Below are positions 14,295 to 28,398 of a stretch of 64,000 nt of DNA, piece after piece; the stretch's first letter is position 1; every line of letters begins with the position of its first letter. Origin of the DNA: Felis catus (taxonomy: Eukaryota); NCBI RefSeq assembly GCF_018350175.1, contig NC_058368.1:86864001-86928000 (forward strand), written 5' to 3'. The position numbers and the translations under genes are program-made. Under the pieces are notes generated by a model. That model searched no databases. It was not told where the DNA came from and worked only from the letters and a program-made list of their open reading frames with translations.

Positions 14295-14748
14295 GTAATT
14301 TGTATTTCCTTGATGATCAGTACTGAGCATCTTTTCATGTGTCTGTTGGTCTTCTATAGGTCTTTTTTTTAAATAATGATTATTCATCTCATATATCCGT
14401 TTTTAACTGGATTATTGGTTTTTGCAGTGTTGAGTTTTATTTGTTCTTTATATATTTTGGATACTGATCCTTTATCAGATATGTCATTTACAGTTTTACT
14501 TTCCGAATCTGTAGGTTGCCTTTTAGTTGTGTTGATTCTTTCTTTTGCTTTGCTGAAGCTTTTTATTTTTATGTAGTCCCAATAGAGACATATCTAGAAA
14601 AAATTTGCTACAGCCCATGTCAACTAGGTTACTCTCTATGTTCTCTAGGATTTTTATGGTTTCATGACTCACATCTAGGCATGTAAATTATTTTGAATTT
14701 ATTTTTGTGCATGGTGTGAGAACGTGGTGTAGTCTCTTTTTTTTCAGT
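14295..14748 (-). mobile_element. older L1 ORF2 fragment inside the inverted segment
   Basis: Antisense ORF2 3' region (minus strand ...CATGAAAAGATGCTCAGTACTGATCATCAAGGAAATACAAAT). Confidence 0.85.
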
Positions 14749-14992
14749 GACCTTATCTTTTTATTTTATTTTCACCTCTATAATTCCATTTATTTTTTTT
14801 ATTTTTTTATTATTTTAATTAATATGAAATTAATTGTCAAATTGGTTTCCATACAACACTCAGTCCTCATTCTAACAGGTGCCCTCCTCAATACCCATCA
14901 CCCACTTTCCCCTCCCTCCTACACCCAACAACCCTCAGTTTATTCTCAGTTTTTAAGAGTCTCTTACGGTTTGCCTCCTTCCTTCTCTGTAA
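14749..14992 (-). mobile_element. L1 3' UTR and poly(A) tail, the inverted continuation of the 13519-14294 element
   Basis: Minus strand reads AAGTTACAGAGAAGGAAGGAGGCAAACCGTAAGAGACTCTTAAAAACTGAG..., the sequence that follows the G/A-rich motif in the intact 3' end at 39001-39200. Confidence 0.9.
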
Positions 14993-15004
14993 CTTATAAT
15001 CACC

Positions 15005-16328
15005 TAAAATACATTAAAGAATTAAATGTTGAAACTGTAAAACTCCTAGAAAGAAAAAAAAACACTGAGGTAAACTCCTCCATATTGTTATTACTTATGA
15101 TTTTGTAGATTTGATACACACAATACAGACAATAAAAGCAAAAACAACTGAGTAGAGCTATATCCAAGTGAAGTTTCTGAACGGCAAAGGAAATAATCAA
15201 CAAATGAAAAAGAACCTATAAAATGGGAGAAATATTTGCAAACCATTTTTATCATAAGGAGTTAATATCTAAAATATAAATGAAACTTATACAAGTTAGT
15301 AGCAAAAAATAACAATAAATAATAACACAATTAAAATATGGGCAAAAGACTTGAATAGACATTTTCCCAAAGAAGACACTTATGGCCAACAGGTATATGA
15401 AAGGTGATCAGCATAACTAATCACCAGGAAAATGCTAACCCAAACTTCAAGCAGATATCTCTTCACATTTGGTAGGAAGGCTATTATGAAAACATTACAA
15501 GTTTTATGGAGAGTGTGACAAAATAAGGAACCCTTGTACATTGTTGGTGGGAGTGTAAATTGGTACAACTATTTTGGAGAACACTACAAAGTTTCCTCAA
15601 AATAATGAAGATAGATCTGCCCTATCATGTAGCAATCCCACTTTTGGATGGATATCCAAATAAAATAAAATTGATATGTTGATGAGATATGTGTCCTGAT
15701 CTTTGAAGCATTATTCACATTAGCCAAGATATAGAAACAACCTAAGTGGCCATGAATGAATGGATAAAGAAAACGTGTTGTATTTAAATAATGGAATAAT
15801 ATTTAAATAATGGAATGGAAGTTTTTTTTTTTTTTAAAGAAGGAAAACTGCCATTTGTGACAACATGAATAGATCTACAGAGCATTATTCTGAGTGAAAT
15901 AAGTCAGGCACATAAAGGCAAATATTGCATGTTCTTATTTATATGTGGAATAAAAACAAAACAAAACAAAACAAAAACTATAAACAGTTGAACTCATAGT
16001 AACACCATATAACAATGGTTACCAGAGAGTGGTTGTTGGTGAAAAGAGGTACAAACTTTCAGTTATAATATACTGATAATCTAATATAAAGCATGATGAA
16101 TATACTTAAATGATACTCTGTCATATACTTAGTATTTGGTAAAAGAGTAGATATCAGTTGTTCTCACCACATATACACAATACACAAAGTTAGCTACATG
16201 AGATGTTGAATATGCTATTTAGCTTGATTGTAGTCAACAGATCACAGTGCATACATATATCAAAATATATAGTATACCCTAAATACATACAACCTTTGTC
16301 AACCATACCTCAATAAAGTTGAGAAAAT
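15005..16328 (+). mobile_element. old L1 (L1MA-like) ORF2 C-terminus and 3' UTR
   Basis: Diverged ORF2 C-terminal motifs; terminus ATACCTCAATAAAGTTGAGAAAA. Confidence 0.85.
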
Positions 16329-16339
16329 GTATTTATCAG

Positions 16340-19300
16340 ACACAAACAAGATATCTGAACCATAAGTTAGAATCACGATAATAAGAAGTTGAAAATATAT
16401 TAGAATCCCTTTCTGAAGAGATAAAAGAAGTAAAAAATAGCCAGAATGAAAATTAAAATGCTATAACTGAGCTGCAATCACGGATGGATGCAGCAGCAGC
16501 AAGGAGAGATGAGGCAGAACAGAGAATCAGTGATATAGAGGACAAACTTATAGAGAATAATGAAGCAGAAAAAAAGAGGGAGATTAAGGCAAAAAAGCAC
16601 GATTTAAGAATTAAAGAAATCAGTGACTCATTAAAAAGGAACATCAGAATCATAGAGGTCCCAGAAGAGGAAGAGAGAGAAATAGGGGTAGAAGAGTTAT
16701 GTGAGGAAATCATAGTGGAAAACTTTCCTAACCTGGGGAAAGACACAAACATCAAAATCCAGGAAGCACAAAGGACTCCCATTAGATTCAACAAAACCCG
16801 ACCATCAACAAGGCATATCATAGTCAAATTCACAAAATACTCAGGCAAGGAGAGAATCATGAAAGCAGCAAGGGAAAAAAGTCCCTAACCTACAAGGGAA
16901 GACAGATCAGGTTTGCAGCAGACCTATCCACAGAAACTTGGCAGGCCAGAAAGGAGTGGCAGGATATATTCAGTGTGCTGAATCAGAAAAATATGCAGCC
17001 AAGAAATCTTTATCCAGCAAGTCTGTCATTCAAAATAGGAGAGATAAAAAGTTTCCCTGACAAACAAAAATTAAAGGAGTTTGTGACCACTAAACCAGCC
17101 CTGCAAGATATTTTAAGGGGAGCTTTCTGAGGGGAGAAAAGATGAAAAAAAAAATATACCAAATACCAAAAGCAACAAAGATTAGAAAGGACAAGAGAAC
17201 ACCACCAGAAACTCCAACTCTATAAGCATCATAATGACAATAAATTCATATCTTTCAGTATTCACTCTAAAAGTCAATGGACTCAATGCTCCAATCAAAA
17301 GACATAGGGTAACAGAATGGATAATAAAACAAGATCCATCTATGTGCTGTTTACATGAGACCCGCTTTAGACCTAAAGACACCTTCAGATTGAAAATAAG
17401 GGGATGGAGAACTATCTATCATGCTAATGGTCAACAAAGGAAAGCTGGAGTAGCCATACTTATATCAGACAATCTAGACTTTAAAATAAAGACTGTATCA
17501 AGAGATGCAGAAGGGAATCATATGATAATCAAGTGGTCTATAGACCAAGAAGATCTAACAGTTGTAAACATTTATGCAGCAAATGTGGAAAAACCCAAAT
17601 ATATAAATCAATTAATCACAAACAAAGAAATTCATCGATAGTAATACCATAATAGTAGGAGACCTCAACACACCATTCATAGCAATGGACAGATCATCTA
17701 ATCAAAAAATCAACAAGGAAACAATGGCTTTGAATGACACATTGGACCAGGTGGACTTAATAGATACATTCAGAACATTTCATCCTAAAGCAGCAGAATG
17801 TACATTCTTCTCCAGTGCACATGGAACATTCTCCAGAATAGACCATTTACTGGGACACAAATCAGTCCCAAGTAAGTACCAAAATATCGAGATCATACTG
17901 TGCATATTTTCAGACCACAATGCTATGAAACTCGAAATCAACCACAAGAAAAAATTTGGAAAGATAACAAATACATAGAGACTGAAGAACATCCTACTAA
18001 AGAATAAATAGGCTAACTAAGCAGTTAAAGAAGAAATTAAAAAGCCAAAGAAATTATGGAAGTCAATGAAAATGATAGCACCACAACCCAAAACCTCTGG
18101 GATGCAGCAAAGACAGTCATAAGAGGAAAGTATACAGCAATCCAGGTCTTTCTAAAGAAGGAAGAAAGATCTCAGATACACAACCTAACCTTACCCCTTA
18201 AGGAACTGGGAAAAGAATAGCAAATAAAACCCAAAACCAGAAGAAGACAGGAAATAATAAAGATTAGACCAGAAATTAATGCTATTGAAACCAAAACAAC
18301 AACAACAACAACAACAACGAAAAACAGTAGAGCAGATCAATGAAACCAGAAGCTGGTTCTTTGAAGGAATTAACAAAATTGATAAACCACTAGCCAGTTT
18401 GATCAAGAAGAAAAAGGAAAGGACCCAAATAAATAAAATCAAGAATGAAAGAGGAGAAATCACAAACAACACAACAGAATAAAAAAAATAATAAGAGAAT
18501 ATTATGAGCAATTATATGCCAATAAAATGGGCAATCTGGAAGAAATGGACAAATTCCTAGAAACATATACACTACCAAATCTGAAACAGGAAGAAATTGA
18601 AAATTTGAACAGACCCAATAACCAGTAAGGAAATCGAATTAGTAATCAAAAATCTGCCAAAAAAACAGAGTCCAGGGCCAGATGGATTTACAGGGGAATT
18701 CTACCAAACATTTAAGGAAGAGTTAACACTTATACTCTTGAAACTGTTCCAAAAAATAGAAATGGATGGAAAACTTCCAAACTCTTTCTGTGAAGCGAGC
18801 ATTACCCTGATTCCAAAACCAGACAGAGACCCCACTAAAAAGGAGAACTATGGACGAATTTTCCTGATGAACATGGATGCAAAAATCCTCAACAAGGTAT
18901 TAGCCAACTGGATCCAACCATACATTACAAAAAGTTACTCACCATGACAAAGTGGGATTTATACCTGGAATGCAGGGCTGGTTCCATATCCACAAAATAA
19001 TTCATGTGATTCATCACATCAATAAAAGAAAGGACAAGAACCATATGATCCTCTCAATAGATGCAGAGAAAGCATTTGACAAAATACAGCAACCTTTCTT
19101 GATAAAAACCCTTAACAAAGTAGGAATAGAAGGAGCATACCTCGAGATAATAAAAGCCATATATGAGCGACCCATCACTAATATCATCCTCAATGGGGAA
19201 AAACTGAGAGCTTTCCCCCTAAGGTCAGGAACAAGACAGTGATGTCCACTCATGCCACTGTTATTCAACATAGTGTTGGAAGTCTTAGCCTCTGCAATCA

Positions 19301-20220
19301 GACAACACAAAGAAATGAAAGGCATCCAAATCAGCCAGGAGGAGGTCAAACTTTCACTCTTCACAGATGACATGATACTCTATATGGAAAACCAAAAAAT
19401 TCCACCAAAAAAATTGCTAGAATTGAATTCATCAATTCAGCAAAGTTGCAGGATAAAAATCAATGCACAGAAATAGGTTGCATTCCTATACACCAACAAT
19501 GAAGTGACAGAAAGAGAAATCAAGGAATCAATCCCATTTACAGTTGCACAAAAACCATAAAGTACCTAGGAATAAATCTAACCAAAGAGGTGAAAAATCT
19601 ATACACTGAAAACTATAGAAAGCTTATGAAAGAAATTGAAGAAGACACAAAGAAATGGAAAAAGAATCCATGCTCCTGGATAGGAAGGACAAATATTGTT
19701 AAAATGTTGATACTACCCAAACCAATCTACATATTCAATGCAATTCCTATCAAGGTAACACCAGCATTCTTCACAGACCTAGAGCAAATAATCCTAAAAT
19801 TTGTATGGAACCAGAAAAGACCCCAAATAGCCAAAGCAATCTTGAAAAAGAAAACCAAAGCAGGAAGCATCACAATCCAAGACTTCAAGCTATACTGCAA
19901 AGCTGTAATCATCAAGACAGTATGGTACTCACACAAGAACAGACATTCAGATCAATGGAATAGAATAGAGAACCCAGAAATGGACCCATAAACATATGGC
20001 CAACTAATCTTTGACAAAGCAGGAAAGAATATCCAATGGAATAAAGACAGTCTCTTCAGCAAGTGGTGCTGGGAAAACTGGACAGTTACATGCAGAAGAA
20101 TGAACCTGGACCACTTTCTTACACCAGACACAAAAAAAACCTCAAAGTGGATGAAAGATCTCAATGTAGATAGGAAGCCATCAAAATCCTCAAGGAGAAA
20201 GCAGGCAAAAACCTCTTTTT
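16340..20220 (+). mobile_element. LINE-1 (partial ORF1, ORF2 endonuclease and RT), truncated at both ends
   Basis: ORFs 16484-16888 (ORF1), 17234 (ORF2 start MTINSYLSVFTLKVNGLNAPIKRHRV), 18952 and 19252 ([11 protein letters not shown]); stops abruptly near 20220 with no 3' UTR. Confidence 0.95.
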
Positions 20221-21003
20221 TCCACATGGGACAGGAAGATGATGACCTAAACCTCCAAAGTCATGAGGCTCACTCTATATAAGCACAGCATTACATTTCA
20301 TAATGGCATTAAGTGATTGTGATAGGAAATAGTTCGTGTAGTAAAATTTCATAAACCGTGTATAAAATTTCACTGCATATTTAACTGCAGATAAATTTTT
20401 AAAAGAATCTTGGTGAACATCTGTATTATCCAATTCTCATATTGAGGCCTTACAGAATTAGGATAAACATTCACTCTTACCTGATGGCAAATGAGACAGC
20501 TGACTGCGTCTCTTTTACATGTTCAGTTAAACTTAAGGAAACAACGTTGTGAATGAGTATAGTTAAGCTACAGAAACCAGTGTACAAATCAATATTGATT
20601 TAAAAAAAGTTTCATCATGAGCTGCAAGAAAGTGACATCACCTGGTTAAAGAGTGAAAGAAATGAAGGGCTTAGTGGATTCCAAGGAATCAGAAAGTATA
20701 AATCCTGAATCTCTTAATCAAGAAAATAGTGTTGCAGGACAGGTTTCAGATAACAAAACTTCCCTTTTGAGATAGCTGTCAGTGGTTGATTATGGAGTAG
20801 GTTATGCATCAGATAATTGTAAAACCTATTCAGATGAGCATAATTTTCAAATTGGGTTGGTTCTACAGCAGTTTTTAAGTGTTCTTAAGAATGAGACGAA
20901 AAAGGACTAGTGGTCTAATCAATAAACTGTCTACTGTTGCTGACAGAATGAAAAGATTCCTGGGGCAGAAAGATAAAAGTGTGCCCAGATAAATACTACC
21001 TGG

Positions 21004-21266
21004 CAGGGCTATCCAATAGAGATATAATATGACCTACATATGGAATTGTAAATTTTCGACTACTCATATTTAAAAGTTAAATAAAACAGCTCCATTAGTT
21101 TTAGCAGTATATTAATTATCCTAGTACTCTCTAATATTATCACTTTGTATGTAACCAATACAAGATTATTGATGTGATTTTTACATTATTTTTGTACTGT
21201 CTTTGATATTTAGTTTTACTTTAACGTATAAAATCTGCTAAATTTTTATTGGAAATGTTGATCTGG
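21004..21266 (+). mobile_element. hAT-Charlie DNA transposon fragment (MER33-like), cut by an L1 insertion
   Basis: Begins CAGGGCTATCCAATAGAGATATAAT and tracks the recalled MER33 consensus (CAGTGCTGTCCAATAGAAATATAAT...). Confidence 0.7.
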
Positions 21267-22425
21267 GAAAAGGAAAGATGGTGGCAGAGTACGAGGACCC
21301 TAGCTCCCTCAGCCCACAAATACAACCAAATAACTATCAGATCATACTAAATACCTCAGAAATTGACCTGCAGACTGGCAGAAAAAATTCCATAACTAAA
21401 GGTAGAGAACAGGCTACACTGAAGGCTGACATGTGGTTTGGGAAAGATACAGATCTTGGCTGCTGTGTTGGGGAGGGAACCCCAGTCTCTGAGACAGGTC
21501 AGAAACAGACTAACACACAGGAGAGTTGCAAGGAGAAAATGAATTCCTATAGCAATTGGCTTGCAGAGCAATAGTCACTGAATTTTGTGGTTTTGCAGCC
21601 AGCAGGCTTAAAGCCTCTAGTTCTAAATATCAGTCTGCTTGGCTTGGGTAGAGCCTGGAGGCATTGGGGCTGCTCAGGCAGAGAAGGTAAGGCAAACAAC
21701 CCAAGGACATACCACAGGGAAACAGTGATCTGAAGAGTGTCCAGGACACACAGTGGGGAGATTAATTGCTCATGTCAGAGCCTGTTGCAGAGAGGCAGCA
21801 TTCATGGAGAAAACACTCTAAGAACAGAGGAACCAGCAGGCACCATTTCTCTTCCCCACTCCTCAACATAAACACAAGGCAAACTGTAGAAACCAATTCA
21901 GCCAATAACACTCTCTACCTAATTTGCTTACTAAAAGCCCTGCACCCCTGTTCTCTGGTGGAACCCCATTCTCAGTCATGTTTGCCTCAGTCCCAACTCA
22001 GCAGATCCCCTCTTACAGAAGACAAGCCCAAACTCTTGTCCACACTGTCTCCTGACCCAGCAGTTTTGCAGGGCCTGAATCCTGCAATGGTAGCAACAGA
22101 TCTCATTTCACAAGCTGAGCAGAGCACGCCTATCTAAAACTCACAATATTCAGCACAGAGACAAAACACTACCCACAATACAAAAAGAGCCAGTGTAAAT
22201 GACTGGCCTAAAGGATAAAGCAGATAGCACAAAACAGAAAGTGGACGAAGAGGAGACTCTTCCTGAAGCCCCAGGTTTTTGGGGATAAGGCATACTACAC
22301 TGCAGAGCACTACAGGACCTTTGCTTCATAGAGCCATTACCTTCAAAAACAGGAAACTTGGCTGACTTGGTTAATCCTGACACTTAGACAAAATGAGAAA
22401 ACAGAGAAATTTGTCCAAAACAAAA
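21267..22425 (+). mobile_element. older carnivore L1 5' UTR and ORF1 start
   Basis: AAGATGGTGGCAGAGTACGAGGACCC 5' motif; homologous to the 5' UTRs at 39215-39676 (-) and 56905 (+); ORF1 start ATGAGAAAACAGAGAAAT near 22392. Confidence 0.8.
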
Positions 22426-23170
22426 AAAATGCATATCAAAACCATAATGAGAAACCACCTCACACTTGTCAGAATGGCTAACATTAACAACTCAGGTTAC
22501 AACAGATGTTTGTGAGGATGTGGACAGACAGGATCTCTTTTGCACTGTTGCTGGGAATGCAAACTTGTGCAGCCACTCTGGAAAACAGTATGGAGGTTCC
22601 TCAAAAAATTAAAAACAGAACTACCCTACAACCCAGAAATTGCATTACTAGGTATTTATCTAAGTGATACAGGTGTGCTGTTTAGAAGGGACACATGCAC
22701 ACCAATGTTTATAGCAGCACTGTCAACAATAGCCAAAGTATAGAAAGAGCCCAAATGTCCATCAATGGATGAATGGATAAAGAAGATGTGGTACATGCAT
22801 ACAATGGAGTATTACTCATCAATCAAAAAGAATGAAATCTTGCCATTTGCAACTACGTGGATGGAACTAGAGAGCATTATGCTAAGTGAAATTAATCAGT
22901 CACAGATAAAGAAATATGATATAACTTCACTCATTTGAAGACTTTAATACACAGAACAGATGAACACAAGGGAAGGGAAGCAAAAATAATATAAAAAAAC
23001 AGGGAGGTGGACAAAAACATAAAAGACTCTTAAATATGGAGAACAAATAAAGGGTAACTGGAGGGGTTGTGGGAGGGGGTATGGGCTAAATGGGTAAAGG
23101 GCATTAAGGAATCTACTACTGAAATTATTGATGCACTATATGCTAAATACCTAAATTAAAAAAAAAAATA
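22426..23170 (+). mobile_element. L1 3' end with poly(A)
   Basis: [20 protein letters not shown], 3' UTR with a G-rich tract, poly(A) at about 23158-23168. Confidence 0.9.
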
Positions 23171-23180
23171 GATGAACTAC

Positions 23181-26100
23181 TTAGGCTATTAGAGGTCTTT
23201 TTTGGTTCCATACAAATTTTAGGATTGCTTGTTCTAGCTTCGAGAAGAATGATGTTGCAATTTTGATTGGGATTGCATTGAATGTGTAGATTGCTTTTGG
23301 TAGTATTGACATTTTAACAATATTTATTCTTCCCATGCATGAACACGGAACGGTTTTTTTTTCCATTTCTTTATAACTTCTTCAGTTTCCTTCATTAGCT
23401 TTCTACAGTTTTCAACATACATATCTTTTACATCTTTGGTTAGGTTTATTCCTAGGTATTTTATGATTCTTGGTGCAATTGTGAATGGGATCAGTTTCTT
23501 TATTTGTCTTTCTGTTGCTTCATTATTAGTGTATAGGAATGTAACTGATTTCTGTACACTAATTTTGTATCCTGCGACTTTGCTGAATTCATGTATCAGT
23601 TCTAGCAGACTTTTGGTGGAGTCTATCGAGTTTTCCATGTATAATATCATGTCATCTGCAAAAAGTGAAAGGTTGACTTCACCTTTGCCAATTTGGATGC
23701 CTTTTATTTCATCTTGTTGTCCAATTGCTGATACTATGCCATCCAACACTATGTTAAACAACAGTGCTGACAGTGGACACACTTGTCATGTTCCTGATCT
23801 CAGGGGGAAAGCTCTCAGTTTTCCCCATTAAGGATGATATTAGCTGTGGACTTTTCATTATCGCTTTTATGATGTTTAAGTATGTTCCTTCTATTCCGAC
23901 TTTGAGGGTTTTTATTGAGAAAGGATGCTGAATTTTGTCAAATGCCTTTTCTGCATCTATTGACAGGATCATATGGTTCTTATCCTTTCTTTTATTAGTG
24001 TGATGTATTACACTGATTGATTTACGGTATTACACTGATTGATTTGCGAGCAGTGAACCAGGCCTGCAGCCCAGGAATGAATCCCACTTGATCATGGTGA
24101 ATAATTCTTTTATATGCTGTTGAATTCGATTTACTAGTATCTTGTTGAGAATTTTTTCATCTATGTTCATCAGGGATATTGGCCTGTAGTTTTCCTTTTT
24201 TTGTGGAGTCTCTGTCTGGTTTGGGAATCAAAGTAATGCTCGCTACATAGAATGAGTCTGGAAGTTTTCCTTTCCTTTCTATTTTTTGGAACAGCTTGAG
24301 AAGAATAGGTATTAGGTCTGCTTTAAATGTCTGGTAGAATTTCCCAGGGAAGCCATCTGGTCCAAGACTCTTATTTGTTGGAAGATTTTTGATAATTGTT
24401 TCAATTTCTTTACTGGTTATGGCTCTGTTCAAATTTTCCATTTCTTCCCATTTGAGTTTTGGTAGTGTCTGGGTGTCTAGAAATTTGTTGATTTTTCCAG
24501 GTTGTCCTGTTTGTTGGTGTATAATTTTTCATAGTATTCTCTGTTAATTGCTGATATTTCTGAGGGATTGGTTGTGATAAATCCATTTTAATTTGTGATT
24601 TTATTTATTTGGGTTTTCTCTTTTTTCCTTTTGAAAACTCTGGCTAGGGGTTTATCACTTTTGTTTATTTTTTTAAAAAAACAAACTCTTAGTTTCACTG
24701 ATCTGTTCTACTGTTTTTATGGATTCTATATTGTTTATTTCTGCTCTGGTCTTTATTATTTCTCTTCTTCTTCTGGGTTTGAGGTGTCTTTGCTGTTCAG
24801 CTTCTATTTACTTTATGTGTGATATTAGATTTTGTATTAGGGATTTTTCTTATTTCTTGATATAGGCCTGGTTGCAATGTATTTTCCTCTTAAGACTGCC
24901 TTTGCTGCATCCCAAAGGGTTTGGATTGTTGTTATTATTTTCATTTGTTTCCATGTATTTTTAAATTTCTTCTTTAATTACGTGGTTGATCCATTCATTT
25001 TTTAATAGGATGTTCTTTAACCTCCATGCATTTGGAGTTTTTCCAAACTTTTTCCTGTGGTTGATTTCAAGCTTCATAGCATTGTGATCTGAAAGTGTGC
25101 ATGGTATTATCTCAATTCTTTTATATTTATTGAGGACTGTTTTGCAACCCAGTATGTGATCTATCTCGGAGAATGTTCCATGTGTGCTTGAGAAGAATGT
25201 ATATTGGTTGCTTTAGGATGAAAAGTTCTAAATATATCTATCAAGTCCATCGGGTGCAGTGTATCATTCAGGGCCATTGTTTCTTTACTGATTTTCTGTC
25301 TAGATGATCTGTCCATTGTTGTAAGTGGAGTATTAAAGTCCCCAACAATTACCATATTCCTATCAATAAGATTTTCCAGGTTTGTAATTAATTGTTTCAC
25401 ATATTTGGGTGCCTCTGAATTTGGTGCGTAAACATTTTATAATTGTCAGCTCTTCTTGATGGATAGACACATAATTATTATATAACACCCTTCTTCATCT
25501 CCTGTTACAACCTTTAGTTTGAAATCTAGTTTGTCTGATATAAGTATAGCTACTCCAGCTTTCTTCTGATTTCCAGTATCATGATCGATGGTTCTCTATC
25601 CCCTCACTTTCAATCTGAAAGCATCCTTAGGTGTAAAATGGGTCTTTTGTATACAGCAAAAGATGGGTCTTGGTTTTTTTTTTTTTTTTTTGGCTTTTTT
25701 TGTTTGTTTGTTTTTGTTTGTTTGTTTGTTTTAATTCATTCTGATACCCTCTGTCTCTTGGTTGGACCATTTAGTCCATTTACATTCAGTGTTATTATTA
25801 AAAGATATAGGTTTAGAGTAATTTTGTTATATGTAGGTTTAATACCTGTAGTGGTGTCTCTGGTCCTTTGTGGTCTTTGCAATACTTACAGAGTCCCCCC
25901 TTAGGATCTCTTGTAGGGCTGGTTTAGTGGTGATGAGTTCCTTCAGGTTTTTTTTTTTAAACCTTTATCTCTCTTTCTATTCTGAATGACAGGCTTTCTG
26001 GATAAAGGATTCATAGCTGCATATTTTTCATATTCAGCTCATTGAAAATCTCCTGTCACTCATTTCTGGCCTGCCAAATTTCAGTAGATAGGTCTTCTAC

Positions 26101-28398
26101 TACCCTTATGTGTCTACACTTGTACATTAAGGTCAGTTTAGCCTTGGCTGCTTTCAGAATTCTCTCTTTATCTTTGTATTTTGCCAGTTCCACGATTATA
26201 TATCATGCAGAAGATCGATTCAAATTCGTCTGAAGGGAGTTCTCTGTGCCTCCTTGATTTCAATGTCTGTTTCCTTCCCCATATTGGGGACGTTCTCAGA
26301 TATGGTTTGTTCAAGCACACTTTTGGTCCCTTTCTCTCTCTTCTTCTACTTCTTAAATTCCTGTGATACGGATATGGTTCCATTTCATTGAGTCACTTAG
26401 TTCTCTAATTCTCCCCTCCTGACCCAGAATTTTTTTTTAATCTCTCTTTTTCTCTGTTTCATTTTTTTCCCATAATTTTATGTTCTATTTCACCTATTCT
26501 CCCCTCTGCCTCTTCATTCTGGCTGTCACCACTTCTAGTTTATTTTGTACCTTATTTACAACATTTTTAAATTCATCATGACTATGTTTTAGTTCCTTGA
26601 TCTCTGTGCCAATAGCTTCTCTGTTATCTTCTATCTTTTCTCAAGTCCAGAAATTAATATTATGAATATTATATTAAATTCTTGTTCAGTTATATCGTTT
26701 ATATTTGTTTTGAGCAATTCTTTAGCTGTCATTTATTCCTGGAATTTATTTCGAGGGGAATTCTTCTGTTTCATCATTTTGGCTAGGTTTCTGTCCCTTA
26801 TGTGTTTTAAAAGCTTTTTATGTGTCCTGCACCTGCGAGCACTACTATAGTAAAGACGGGTCATACACCATCAGGCCTGGCCCTTTAGGAGGTGTTTTTT
26901 GGAAAGTGTTACTCTCTCTCTGTTGTTGTGACTTTGGTTACTTTATCTCCCTACTCATAGTGATGTTTGAACCCTCTACTAGGTGCTCCTTGATTTGTTC
27001 CTTGAAGTAGTCATGGAAAGGAAAACAAGAAGAAAACAAAACAGAAACAGAAAACAAAAACGCTCCAACACAAATAAACATAAGCAAATAAAATAATAAC
27101 AAAAACAGAAACACCAGCTACAAGTAAACAACAGGGTGAAGACAGTGCTGATAGAAGAGGCCTTATCCCAAACAAAGAGAGACATGACAGAGACAAGGAA
27201 AAGGAAGAATGAAAATTGAGCAGAACAACCATATGGCTTAATCCAGAGAGAGAAAAGGAAAATAAAGAAGGAAGCGAGGAAAAATAAAAATAAAATAAAG
27301 TTATCCAAACAGAGAAACTATAAGGCTTAATCCAGAGAGAGAGAGAAAAGAGAATAAAGAAGGAGGTGTGGAACATGTATCAAGAGAATGGATTAAATAT
27401 GTCTGCTTAAACAAACCAACAACCAGAGTAATCAGACTAGAGGAGGGAAGAGATAAGAAGGAGAAAAGGAAGGAAGAATATATCTATATAATAACTGTCC
27501 AAAAATTAAATCAGGCAATGCAACAGTGCTGGTCTGGAGGAGGGGCTGTCTGATTCATCAGCATCAATCCCGCTCCAGTAGATGTGCAGTTACCAGGCGC
27601 AGAGGGGCATTGTTTGTTGTAGACAGGTCCCACCTCCACTGTGGGCCCTGCTGTCCATTCGCTGAAGTCTCCCTCTTGTTGGTGATGGGGAGAAAATGGT
27701 GACACCCCAGTCTCTCCTCCATCGACCAGGTGTCCAAACCACTTTGAGCCATCCTTACTGTACCATGGACACAAATGAGGCAGTTTGTCCCACTCCGCTG
27801 GCTCCCTTGCCCTGGCACTTGGCTGGAATTCAAATTCCCACTCCATAAGCCCCAGTACTGGGGAAGCACCGCTCCATGTTGACCAATATGTGGTTCCTGT
27901 TGTCCCCAGCTTGTGGGCACAGGCATGCTTTGTCCTGTCCCACAGAGCTCCAGGGAGGAGATCACTTTCTTCTACTGTGGACTGTACCCCTGACATAGCC
28001 ACGGAGCTTGGGGCTGGCTCCTGTCCTCCACAGGTGCACAATCAGAGCAGCTGTCCCCAGTCCAGAGAAAGCCCCTCAGTTAGAGATTGGATCTTTCTCC
28101 TTCCTAGTCCATGTTTTTTCTCTTGTCCAGATACGGTGTTATGCTTCCCAGCTGCTCTTTCTCTTCCCTTTGTCTCTCTGAAGAGGGGATCCCTCCCTCC
28201 CCTCCATTCATTTTACCTCTCCCAGTTCACAGTTCCACACCTATGACCCCCTCAGGTTGTCCTGGTGGATCTCTGGAAGGGAGACTGTCTCTTTTCCTCC
28301 CAGACTCTCGGAGTTCAAAGTCCTTTAGCTTCAACACTTCTTTATTTGTGAGACAAGGGAACTTGGGATTCCCCTACTTCTCCACCATGTTCTCCACT
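23181..28398 (-). mobile_element. LINE-1 (5' UTR, ORF1, ORF2 through RT), 3'-truncated
   Basis: Minus-strand ORF fragments [35 protein letters not shown]1 near 25900-26780; long 5' UTR starting GAACATGGTGGAGAAGTAGG. Confidence 0.95.

Noticed and set aside
18279..18482. Poly-Q ORF
   Set aside because: A (CAA)n slippage tract inside decayed L1 ORF2.
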